Shown: positions 1 through 10,999 of the stretch, piece by piece
Layout: each line of letters starts with the position of its first letter
How positions within the stretch are numbered: position 1 is the first letter of the stretch
From: Somniosus microcephalus
Taxonomy: Eukaryota
Length of the DNA stretch: 64,000 nucleotides
Reading direction: 5' to 3'
NCBI GenBank assembly: GCA_052327205.1
Contig: JBMRGM010000043.1
Location: forward strand, 31,248,001-31,312,000
The notes under the pieces: model-generated
What the model was told of the DNA's origin: nothing
The model's input: the letters and a program-made list of their open reading frames with translations, nothing else
Database searches by the model: none
Translations under genes and position numbers: made by a program

Positions 1-568
1 CTCCTGAAAATTCAGTGGTGGGTCCGCTGATGGACTGTGTGGAAGGACACAATAAGCAGTGTGCTCCTCTCCCCTCTCTTTTGCCCTTTCCACTTACCTG
101 TTTGGCATAAGCTTAATCACAGGCTCCTAATAAAATCTGTACACTAATGCCATTGGATGCCCTTATCATCGCAACGGGTGAGTTATATCATCACTGATCC
201 ATCACCCTGGCCGGGAGAATCGGGAGTCTTTTTAATTTCAGATGGTGACAGCTGAGCTGGGGGCTGGCTAGGGACAGAGCAATGTAGCTGTGGATATTGG
301 TGGAGCTCACCCTGGTCATACTAGATGGTGAAGACGCAGCAGAGAATGGCTAAAAGAGAAAAGATCTAAGGGAGGATATTCCTGCTGATAATTAAGCCTT
401 GCCCAGTATGGAATTCCGGTTTCAGCAGAATAAATTAAGCAGGTTAAGTTCTCCGCAAACAAAGCAGCGAGAGGAAATCCATAAAAACATAATAATGCTT
501 CCTGCTCTAGTGATCCACAATACAGCTGCTGGTTACCATTAAGTATAGGCGCCCATCGTGGCTATTCT

Positions 569-1664
569 CTAGATGTAATCTCTCCAAATTTGCAGACAAC
601 ACAAAGCTTGCTGGGCGTGTGTGCTATGAGGAGGATGCCAAGAAACTCCAGGCTGATTTGGAGAGATTGGGTGATTGGGCAAAAGCGTGGCAGATGCAAT
701 ATAACGTGGATAAATGTGAGGTTATCCACTTTGGTGGCAAAAACAGGAAGGCAGATTATTATCTGAATCGCAATAGATTGGGAGAAGGGGAAGTGCAACG
801 AGACCTGTTTTTCCTTGTGCACCAGTCGCTGAAGGTAAGCATGCAGGTGCAGCAGGTGGTTAAGAAGGGAATTGGCATGTTGGCCTTCGTAGCGAGATGG
901 TTTGAGTACAGGAACAAGGATGTCTTGCTGCAGTTATACAGGGCCGTGGTGAGACCACACCTTGAGTATTGTGTGCAGTTTTGGTCAGCTTATCTGAGGA
1001 AGGATCACAGATCACAGAAACCCCACAGTGCAGATAGAGGCCATTTCGGCACATATCCCACCCAATCCCCGTAACCCCTACACCAAAACATATCCCCATT
1101 TAATCCCCCTAACACTAAGGGTCAATTTATCATAGCCAATCAACCTAACCCGCCATGGAAGGAGTTCAGCGAAGATTCACCAGGCTGATACCTGGGATGG
1201 CAGGAATGACGTATGAGGAGAGATTGGGTCGATTGGGCTTGTCCTTGCTGGAGTTTAGAAGAATGAGAGGGGATCTCATTGAAACTTATAAAATTCTGAC
1301 GGGACTGGACAGACTAGATGCAGGAAGAATGTTCCCGATGGTCGGGCAGTCCAGAACCAGGGGTCACATTCTAAGGATAAGGGGTAAGCCATTTAGGACA
1401 GCAATGAGGAGGAATTTCTTCACCCAGAGAGTGGTGAACCTGTGGAATTCTCTGCCACAGAAGGCAGTAGAGGCCAATACATTAAATATATTCAAGAAGG
1501 AGTTGTATATATTTCTTAAGGCTAAAGGGATCAAGGGGTATGGGGATAAAGCAGTGACCAGGTACTGAATTTGGTTGATCGGCCATGATCGCATTGAATG
1601 GCGGAGAAGGCTCGTGGGGCCGAATGCCAACTCCTGCTCCTATCTTCTATGTTTCTATGTTTCT
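569..1664 (+). mobile_element. 5'-truncated CR1-clade LINE (ORF2 C-terminal part + 3'UTR)
   Basis: ORFs 619..1074 and 1155..1568 carry CR1 motifs (WQMQYNVDKCEVIHFG, VRPHLEYCVQFW, RRMRGDLIETYKI, FFTQRVVNLWNSLP). The element ends in (CTATGTTT)n. The paralogous empty site is at ~30843. Confidence 0.92.
1005..1153 (-). mobile_element. SINE 3' fragment (HE1/V-SINE-like) nested in the CR1
   Basis: Interrupts the CR1 reading frame after LRKD. Contains 'ggtcaatttatcatagccaatcaacctaacc', which I recognise as the antisense shark SINE body. Family assignment is from memory. Confidence 0.55.
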
Positions 1665-1756
1665 CGGTATTGGCTTGCTCTTATTATCAATCTCTGCTAT
1701 TTGTTTAACACAGTGATAGGAACTGTTACCTATCAATCCATATTCTGTTTTCACAG

Positions 1757-2035
1757 AACTCTTCACCAAACCTAAACTGAGGTCTGAGCCTGCAGTTGAA
1801 ATACTTGAGGGAGACCAGTTAAAATTCATCTGTTTTATTGAAAATATACCGTCAAATATTTGCTTAAAATATTCATTTTACAAAAATGGCACAGCTCTGA
1901 TCTTGACCCCATACTACAAATATATTCTCACTGAGGCAGCTTCGTTGAAGGACTCAGGGACTTACCAGTGCGTAGCAAATGCTTTCGACTTTGGTGTGAA
2001 AAAGAAAAGTGATGAGGTTTACATTTCGGTAACAG
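1757..2035 (+). CDS. Gene 1 Ig-domain exon (FcR/FCRL D3-like C2-set)
   Basis: tcacAG|...aacag|GTatg, 279 bp, phase 1-1. Translates ELFTKPKLRSEPAVEILEGDQLKFIC...YSFYKNG...DSGTYQC...VYISVT. Not in the ORF track. Confidence 0.88.
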
Positions 2036-2589
2036 GTATGGACATCCAGCTTTAATTATTGTTCATCTTTCATTTAAAGAATTCTTCAGGGCATTATAGT
2101 TAAGTAACCATACCGGAGGGATCCGGTCTGGTAAAGGGTTAACCCTCAAGTTTATCGGACATAAATCAATTTGAATGCAGTCTTTTCAAATCTTATCACC
2201 ACGTGGCTCTTATACAATCCTCACATTTGCTGAAAACCGCATTTGTAGGAGCTACAAAGTTTGAAGTCCAGTGCCCAATCTCAGTGGGTAACATTAGCTT
2301 CCTTCAGTAGTGTGGAAATGGGCGATTATGAAATTGCCTCCCATTATTTGTCCCGCCCGTTTTTGCTTCCCATCATCTTCAGCAGACAGGAAAATCGTGC
2401 GTGGTGTACAATTGGCGCAAGTTTCGATATTGGAAATTTTACCCCATGGCTCCAAGGTAAAGATACTTGCTCTGTTTCTGTCTGGCTGAATGAGAAACCA
2501 GCAGAACCTGGTCAGGAATAGCAGGGTGTTTAATCAGACAAAGCCTTAGCACTTACTAGTCCCGGAAATCTTTGATAGTTGAATACTCG

Positions 2590-2722
2590 GGGGTAAAATT
2601 TAACTTTGAGAGCGCAGTAGCGGATCAGCAGACAATGGAATTGAAATTTGCCTGTGTTTATAACGGGAGGCCAATCTGCGACCACCGGTTTTGCACCCCA
2701 TCGAAATTTGAAATTTCACCCC
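2590..2722. mobile_element. Short MITE-like element with GGGG(T/G)xAAATTT terminal inverted repeats
   Basis: Left end ggggtaaaattt, right end aaatttcacccc. A paralog lies near 31773-31907; similar ends occur near 7048-7213 and 36411-36579. Confidence 0.4.
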
Positions 2723-3223
2723 GTCCAATTTCAGTAGAGGTGGAAGAGGATGAGGAAAAATGCCCGAGGTCACTAAAGTGTGAGCCTTTGATGCCCAGGA
2801 ATTCCGTTTCCACTCCGTTAGATCCGGTCAATCATAACGCTATCTTTGCATTTTCTATGGAGCAGGCAATCTGATGACAAGGTGGGAGTTATCGATCCTG
2901 TGTTGGGAGTGGATTTCCAAAGAATGGCATTGTCAGTTGCTGAGCTTCTAGCATGAATGTCGCAAAGTTTGCAGGCGCTGCAACAATGACGAAGGAGACT
3001 TCAGTATTTAAGGCCTGGGCGCAAAGCATCATCTCGGCAGAGAGCTGAGTTAAAATTCTGGATCAGGGGCGCGTTCTGGTGTTGTGGGCTAATCTCACAG
3101 GACCCGCAGGATGTGTCTTCCACTCAATGTTCCAAAGATTAACATTTGCTGCACAAATCCGAAATTGTAATGTCTGTGATAGTTGTGGAATCTGTCAAAT
3201 CCATAATTCGTTCTATTTTATAG

Positions 3224-3502
3224 AGCTCTTCTCCGAACCTGCTTTGCGGGCTGATTCTGGAGCTCAATTATTTGAGGGCCAACAGATAAAACTCGCCTGT
3301 TTGGTAGAAATATTTCGATCCAATTCTTCCTTGAGACTCGTATTTTACAAAGATGGACAACCTCTCAATTCAGCGGCAGACCACAGCTATTACATCAGGG
3401 AAGCATCTCGGCCGGAAGATTCGGGGATTTACCGGTGTGAAGCAACTACTTTGAACCGTGAGGTGAAGAAACTGAGTAATCAGGTTTCAGTTTCAGTCAG
3501 AC
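3224..3502 (+). CDS. Gene 1 Ig-domain exon (second FCRL D3-like domain)
   Basis: tttatAG|agctcttc...tcagac|GTgagt, 279 bp, phase 1-1. Translates ELFSEPALRADSGAQLFEGQQIKLAC...FYKDG...EDSGIYRCEA...VSVSVR. Confidence 0.9.
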
Positions 3503-4196
3503 GTGAGTACAATTTAAGATAATTGTTTATCACTTTTAAAGAGGACAGGAAAATCATAGAGAACGAGTAACGCTGATTCAACAGATGATGCCAGGGAATG
3601 GAAATTTTATTCAACAGGATAGACTTGAGCCACTGGGACTAACACTACCGGGTTTGCCATGCCTAAGAGTTATTTCATCAGTGCTTAGTACATGCCAATT
3701 GCGAGATAGGGCGATTAGGGAAAGCTATTCCCTCTGTTTGCGAAGACAGGAAGGAGGATCAGTAAAGTATAATTATCACTAAAAGCGAGAGGGTAGCGCT
3801 TACGTGAACATTTTATGTGTAGCTGACTGCTGGAAAGTAGAATTATTTGTCAGGTGGAACGGTGAAGTTAGATACCACTGCATTTAGGTAGAGTAATGTT
3901 TATGGTATTGGAATAGTGCAGAGTTCCTGCTTTTCACTAGCAGAGTCAGGAGGAATAAGGACCAGGCCAAAGTAGTAGGGTGGCCATAAGTGGATGGCAG
4001 TAGGAATCATTGTCGTTCCAGGATCAGGCTTTCCTCTATTAATTCCACCTACTGCTAAAGTAGGAGAGGGAGACGGGCGCCCAATATTGGTGTGGTAACC
4101 TATATGTCGAGCCTTCTTTATTATGATGAGAACCCTATTTCATTTTGAAAGTAATGCTACAAATTCTACAAAAGCAATGTAATTAACAATTTGCAG

Positions 4197-4484
4197 GAAT
4201 CCCAGTGTCAAAACCGGAACTGGCAATCAGCCCTGGTAAAGAGTTAATAGAAGGAGACACAGCGTCGTTAACCTGCTCAGTGTTCAACGGTTCTACCCCG
4301 ATTACTTACATTTTCTACAAAGACCCGGATAAAGAACTCTTCCGTGAGGAGTCCAACCTAACCGAAATTAATTACCAAATCAGTGAAATCAACCAAAGCA
4401 CCCAAGGGGATTATAGTTGCGGTGTTTCAAACAAAGCGACAGGACGTCCTCTGCAAAGCGATGTTGTTACAGTTTCAGTGATAG
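4197..4484 (+). CDS. Gene 1 membrane-proximal Ig exon (FCRL D4/D5-like)
   Basis: ttgcAG|gaatccca...gtgatag|GTgggt, 288 bp. Translates RIPVSKPELAISPGKELIEGDTASLTCSVFNGSTPITYIFYK...GDYSCGVSN...VTVSVI. Confidence 0.9.
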
Positions 4485-4879
4485 GTGGGTTATTATAAGT
4501 ACCCCTGAGGCAGAACGAAACAAGTGGCTCAAAGTCAGATGAGCCCGGTAATCACTGCTTGTGCCATCAGCTTGGATGGTGTAACATTTTCTTTGACATT
4601 CCTCTATGTGAAGTGAGGCACTGCACCATTTACATTAAACAGGTGAATTACTAAAAAGAACTAGAATGTCATCTGATCCCATCAAGTATTGGTCTATAAA
4701 CTGCAACAGTTATTTGTAGGTTTAAAAAGGCCGATCAGTATGTTTAATTGACAAATTGAGGGAAGTAATACGGATAATTTAAGGACTCAAAACTTAATAC
4801 CATAGGTAGTAGTTTCTGGGCTATATGTTTTAGACCACCATTTCTCGACAGTTGTTGCTAATATATTTGTATTCGTTTA

Positions 4880-5465
4880 TGTGATGTGGGTATCTCTGGC
4901 AATGCCAGAATTTATTGCCTATCCCTAATTGCCCTTGAGAAGGTAGTGCTGAGTGGCCTTCTTGAACCGTTGCTGTCCGTGTGTTGATGGTACTCCCGTA
5001 GTGCTGTGAGGGAGGGAGTTCCAGGAATTTGACGCAGTGACGATGAAGGATCGGCGATAAACTTCTAAATCAGGATGGTAGATGATTTGTAAAGGATCTT
5101 ACAGGTGCGGTGTCCCCATGCCTCTTCTGCCCTTGTCCTTCTAAGTGGAAGAAGTAGCGGGTTTGGGAGGTGCTGCCGGAGAAGTCTTGGCATGTTGCTG
5201 CAGTGCATCTTGTAGATGGTGCACACTGCAGCCATGATACGCTGGTGGTGGAGGGAGTGAATTTGTTACTTGTTGGATGATGTGCCAATCAAGGAGGCTG
5301 CTTTGTACTGGCTGGTGTCGAGCTTCTTGAGTGTTGTTGGAGCTGCACTTATCCAGGCAAGTGGAGAGTATTCCGTCACACGACTTACTTGTGCCTTGTA
5401 GATGGTTGAAAGGCTTTGGGGAGTCAGGAGGTGAGACACACGCCGCGGATTACCCAGCCTCTGCC
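4880..5465 (-). mobile_element. 3' fragment of a second CR1/L2-group LINE family
   Basis: The minus strand encodes TIYKAQVSRVTEYSPLAWISAAPTTLKKLD-like LINE C-terminal sequence plus a 3'UTR. The same tail recurs at ~8133-8460 (+), ~16320-16560 (+) and ~34395-34495 (-). Confidence 0.7.
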
Positions 5466-6337
5466 CTATATCGATATCATGGTACCAGGTAGAAGTTTCA
5501 TAAAGCTTGATCTGATTTCATGAAATACTTTTCTTTCGACAACGCAAAAAGTATATTGATTTCGTATGATTTATACGTCATAAAGGACACATCACACCTC
5601 AGGTGAACATTTATAAGTCTAGTTTCTGATTAAGAAATTGATCGTAACTAGATGGAAATAGACCTGAAATAAACTAGCAGAATTTCCCACAAGCGCTTTA
5701 GAATTTGAAATTGATAAGGTCAAAAGCAGAGCCATGGTTATAAAGCGAGAGAGAGGGAGAGATTGGAAGGGGTGAGCAAAAAACTGGCTGCAAATATGGG
5801 TCTTGTAGGAAGTTTGAAGCAGGCTGTAGTAGAGATGTAAATGCGATTAATGAGATGGTTTAAGAGAGCAGAATCAAATTACTTTCACTAATGGTGTGAC
5901 AAAGGAAGCGTATATGCCCAATCGGCCACAAATCAATTGACTAAACTGTGTAAAGACAGAGATAAAATTGGAGGAGATTTGTCAGAGATATAGTGAACAG
6001 GAGGACCAGGAGTTTAAGTTTATTACATTGGAGGACAGGGAGCTAGATGAAAACAATGGCGAGTAAGAATTAACGTGGGACAGGGACGTTTGGATTAGTT
6101 GGAATTAGTGGACAGCGGGGTCAGGAGCCCAGAAAGGAAGTCATTGTAATAATCGAGGCTAGAGCTTGCAAATCCACGGATCAGTGTTTCAGCGTGCAGG
6201 GGTTGAGGTGGGTAGAAAGGGAATCAATTTAGTGCAGATTAAAAAATAAAAATTAATTCTGCGTATGGTGCGAGGTTGAATTTGTTATGATTGGAACGGT
6301 TTTATATGATTCATGGAATAATTTTGTTTGATTCCAG

Positions 6338-6439
6338 CACAAAGTCACACAACCGCGATCACAGCAGCCGTTCTTCCACTTTTTCTGATCGCTACCCTGA
6401 TTGCACTGGTTTCCTTCAAACTTCGGAAAAAGAAACAAG
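6338..6439 (+). CDS. Gene 1 transmembrane exon (uncharged TM)
   Basis: attccAG|cac...aaacaag|GTgagc, 102 bp. Translates AQSHTTAITAAVLPLFLIATLIALVSFKLRKKKQ: a hydrophobic helix followed by a basic stop-transfer stretch. Confidence 0.9.
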
Positions 6440-6966
6440 GTGAGCAGTGTCTTACGGGCAGCTGAGTGGCTTGACAGTTACGTGAGGGGATTCAATCCCC
6501 TCCATATTCAGATGCAGCATTCGAAATGTAACAGAATGATTTGAGAGGGAGACCAATAGTGTGGGCTGGAGAACGAAGACTTAATTACCAGGATAAGTTC
6601 GGATCATGAAGTCAGCTTACTGGTTTGAGGGTATTTTTCCACCTTCTTCCATTTTGAAAAGGTCTGCATCTTGGCGAGGGACAGACAAATAACTGGCAGG
6701 TGGTTAGTAAGAGAATGTGAAATCTGATAGCGGATGTCTAATGCCTGGTAACATCTTAAAGTTTCCCAGACGCTCTTTGTGCATTCGTCCTCTGTTTTAG
6801 TTAGTGATTCATTTAAATGCACGTTTGCAACAGTTTCTGATTAATAATCAACGAAAAAGTTTACTGTTTGGAGATTACTTAAGGTAACTCAAGCCAGCTC
6901 TAGCCAGGAAGAGCGCAATATTTACTGCACAACTTGCTGAAATATGTCTCTTCCTATTTTATCCAG

Positions 6967-6997
6967 ACAATTCCTCAAGTGTTTCACAGCCGCAGGG
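6967..6997 (+). CDS. Gene 1 cytoplasmic exon 1
   Basis: tttatccAG|...caggg|GTaagt, 31 bp, phase 1-2, DNSSSVSQPQG. Conserved paralog at 35983-36013. Confidence 0.8.
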
Positions 6998-7344
6998 GTA
7001 AGTCTGCAAAATATTTGTATTTGTCAGTCATAACTATATCCATGATTATACTGAAAGGGTGAAAATCGTCTTTGGCATGGTTGCAAATCAGGCGGTATTG
7101 CATCTACCACCATTTATACGCCCCTGAATTGAACTGAATATTGGATGGACATTGATGGGCGGTAGGGGCACTTCAGTCAGTTATTCCTCCACGCCCAATT
7201 CGAATTTCTCCCCGTAGTATCTGATATAGCTCCGCTGAAGACAGTTACAATTTTTAAGAGCTAAATATTACCTTATTTTTGTTTTTGCTTTTTAGTTTAT
7301 CAACAGGCCAGTCAGCCTAACATAGTTATTTGAAACCATTATTA

Positions 7345-8920
7345 CGGAAAAAATAAACTTTTATTTGGAAATCACGGTTTAATCAAGGAGATCCAACAGG
7401 GATTTGTTGAAGGCAAATCGTGTCTGACAAACTCGATTGAATTCTTTGATGAGGTAACAGAAACTTTTGATCAAGGTAGTGTAGTAAATGTTGTGTATAT
7501 ATAGACTTTCGGAAGGCAGTCGACCGAGGCTTGTTAAAAAATATGTAAACTCATGGGATTAAGGGAACGTGGCGGTATGGATAGGGAATTGGCTCGGTGA
7601 CAGGATGCAGAGTGTGGTGGTGGATGGATGTTTCTCAGACTGGGAGGTGGTTTTGCAGTTCTGTTCCCCAAGGGTCAGTTTGGGGTCCATAACTCTTTGC
7701 AATTGCAATGAGCGACCGAGATTAAGGTGTAGGGGGCAACATTGTAAACTTGCAGATGACACATAACTTGGCCAGGTAGTAGATAGTGATGAGGATACTT
7801 GTAGTCTTCAGGGTAACATAGACAGGAATGGTTAAATGGGCAGAAGCATGGCAGTTGGAGTTCAACCCTGAGAACTGCGAAGTGATGTACTTCTGGAGAA
7901 CTAATCTGGAAAGACAATATACAATAAAGGATTCGATTTTGAAAATGGTGGATGAGCAGAGATGACTTGATGTGCTTATAAACAAATTCTTAAATATGGC
8001 AGGACAAGTTGCTAAGTTGGTTAAAGCAGCATAGGGAACACTTGTATTTTTTAAATATCGGCTTAGAATATAAAAGCAAAGAGAACATGCTAGAACTTTT
8101 GAAATCAGTAGTTAGACCTCAGCTGGCCAATTCTAGGCAGCAACTTGCCAAGGCTCCTTCGACAGCACCTCCGAAACCCGCTATCTCTTCCACCTAGAAG
8201 GACAAGGCGCATCAGAACACCACCTCCGAGTTCCCCTCCAAGTCAAACACCATTCTGCCTTAGAAGTATATCGCCGCTCCTTAATCGTCGCTTGGGCCAA
8301 TGTCCTGGAACTCCCTCCCTAACAGCACTGTGGGAGTACCTTCACCGCACGGACTGCAGCGGTTCAAGAAGGCGGCTAACCACCACCTTCTCAAGGGCAA
8401 TTAGCGATGGGGAGTATATGCTGGCATTGTCAGCGACGCCCACATCCCAAATACAAATAAAATCACACTTCAGGAAACATGCAAGAGGCAAAGAAAGCAT
8501 ACAGAGGATGTTTACAGGATATTACCAGGGATGAGGGACTTTATTTACGAGGAGTGGTTGGATAATTAGGAGGTGGAAGAGAGAAGGTTAAGGGGTGAGT
8601 CAATAGTGATTTTCAAGAGGACGAGAGGTTTTGTTAGAGTAGATAGAGAAACAATATTCCCTCTTGATCAATAACTAGAGTTCATAGATTTAACATCATT
8701 GTAAAAAGATCTTGAGGGGAGATGTGGAGAACTATTTTTCATTCAGAGAGTTGTCGGTATCTAGAACACTCCAACTGAAAATTTGGTGGAAGCGATTTCC
8801 ATCAATAACTTTAGCAGTTAATTGGACGGATCTTTGAGGATGAGGACCTTACAGGGCTGCAGACAAAAGCCAGGGATATGGGACTAAGCAAGATTGCTCC
8901 TTCACGGAGTTCGATGTTCT
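7345..8920 (+). mobile_element. Old degenerate CR1 LINE (RT to 3' end) with a nested LINE tail at ~8133-8460
   Basis: Frameshifted remnants of GKSCLTNL, WIGNWL, KLADDT and GLEYKSKE motifs. Confidence 0.75.
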
Positions 8921-9028
8921 CTGTAGCTACTGCTGAATGTTTCTATGATGCTGTAACATTTCGTTGAAAGTGAACTTTGAGTTGTTGATGCATGAATCCT
9001 TAATATCTAAGAATATTTTCGTGCAAAG

Positions 9029-9120
9029 GGTGACAACTGAAAATAGATCTGTACCTCCGAGTGAAGAAACATCTGCGAGCAATTTCGAGTATGCAGTTGG
9101 GGGATCAGCCCCAAATACTG
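9029..9120 (+). CDS. Gene 1 cytoplasmic exon 2
   Basis: caaAG|g...aatactg|GTaagc, 92 bp, phase 2-1, which matches the flanking exons. Translates VTTENRSVPPSEETSASNFEYAVGGSAPNT. Paralog at 39349-39434. Confidence 0.78.
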
Positions 9121-10101
9121 GTAAGCATGAACTGACACTTGAAAAATATGGTAGATTGTTCACGGTAACATTTGTTCTGCTGGTAACCCACTGTCACATC
9201 AGTGGAAGTTCAGTGAAAACTTTAGGGAGACGGCCGTTTCACATGACTTGCACCAATATTCCGCCGACATTGCGACGGGACATGGTGGAAATCGACCATG
9301 GACATTGGAGATCTTCATCTGCAAGCATTCAGCATACTCTAGTTAGATTTATAACTTACTGCCTGGACAGGTAGCATCGCATGGGTTGAGCATACGAAGG
9401 GAAATAGTTTGGGGTCGTTGGCACGGTCCATTTGAACCATGTTGATAGAAAGAAATGCAGGTGGTTCAGTAAAGGATGTGCCTGTTGCCCCAGCAGACTG
9501 AGCTGTCTGCGTTCTTTGCAGATGATGCTAACTGCTCCGACGCCAAGACAAAAAGCTACCCCTTATTCCCTTTTCCTTTTGAATTAATTATTTCCTCTAC
9601 TTCTCATTCTTCTTTTTCTGAAGTTAGTGGGTCCCAATCGGCCGGGATTGATAGGAAGGCATCTGGGTGCTAGTCCATATGTGTTAATCTCAGAAACTGA
9701 TAATCAGACATAATGAGCAATATCTTGAGTACTCAATTGACATTGGGACCTGTCTCCTCACAACCACTACAAATCAAATTTCCAAGCAAAGAATGATGGA
9801 ACTGGACCTCTCACCGCTATCTGGGTGAAAGGAATGGAGAGAATGAGAGAATGTGCTGCTCACCGCCACCCTGTTTATAAGCAAGTGACTCAGCCCAGCC
9901 CCATGGCTTGGGACCAAGACACTTCATGACTTTGCTCACGGGACTTTGGATCAGCTTGTATTGATCAGGGTAAATAGTTGCTAGCTTTTAAAACCAGTGA
10001 ACACAGCTGTAAATTTCCAATCATGAATTGTAGGATGGGTCTGGTATCTAAGTGCTTCCTTGATTATCATTGATCGCAGTTTCCTCTTTCTCTCTCTACA
10101 G

Positions 10102-10158
10102 CTTCTAGTTCTGATCAGGTAACCTACAGTTTAGTAGAAGGCACGAAGCCCATGGAAG
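10102..10158 (+). CDS. Gene 1 cytoplasmic exon 3, ITIM VTYSLV
   Basis: Polypyrimidine tract + tacAG|...ggaag|GTaagg, 57 bp, ASSSDQVTYSLVEGTKPME. Confidence 0.82.
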
Positions 10159-10719
10159 GTAAGGAATCGCTGTGTTACTTTGCTAGAGGGCTTGTTAACT
10201 ACTGTAAGTGTAGCGTCTGTCTTCAGTTTGTGAGACGTCATCTGGGAAGAGCCTGAATCGATTGATGCATTATAGGACTGACACCACAGTACCAGTATTT
10301 GTAAAAGAAAAAATCACTATAGGCTCTTTGTAAGTTCCATCTCTCGGGATTAGTATCCTTAGAACCTGCACACAAACTCCCCTGTTCTGGTTTTTTGATA
10401 ACATCATAACTGGCCGGACTATTAATGTTGCCATAAACTGCAATGACGATAACAAATGCTTAATATAAGTCGATCGATACATTTGAAGGCAAATAATGTG
10501 TACTTTTGGTGGCAAACATCATCCATTCTTGGACATTTAAATCAATGCTATTCAATTAATGGTTATATATCATCCTTATTAAACTGATGGAAAAGACATG
10601 ATCTATTCCCATGCACTATATTCATATTATGGATACTAATACGGTTGTCTCAATTCATTATCGCTATCAATTAATTTATATCAAGCAATCAATCAGTCTA
10701 CCTTTGTAAATGGCTATCC

Positions 10720-10862
10720 ATTTATCCATCAATATGTTTCTATCTATGTATCTATCTATCTTTATATCTATTTTCCAAATATCTATATCTTTCTATCTAT
10801 CTCCCCGTGTCTTCCTCCCTATTTCTCTATATATATCTATCGTCTCTCTATCATCTATATAT
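10720..10862. repeat. Degenerate (TCTA/TATC)n microsatellite
   Basis: Visible tatc/tcta runs just upstream of an exon acceptor. Confidence 0.7.
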
Positions 10863-10907
10863 TAATCCCTCGTTTTTGACTTGTTTTCTCTTTTTGTTTC
10901 TGTTTAG

Positions 10908-10973
10908 ATATTACCGGAAATGCTGCCAATTTAGTGTATTCGGAGGTCACTATCAGAAAGTCACGAGACTGTG
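10908..10973 (+). CDS. Gene 1 cytoplasmic exon 4, ITIM LVYSEV
   Basis: Long pyrimidine tract + tttAG|...gactgtg|GTaaat, 66 bp, DITGNAANLVYSEVTIRKSRDC. Confidence 0.82.
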
Positions 10974-10999
10974 GTAAATTCTGTGAATTGTTCGCTGCT

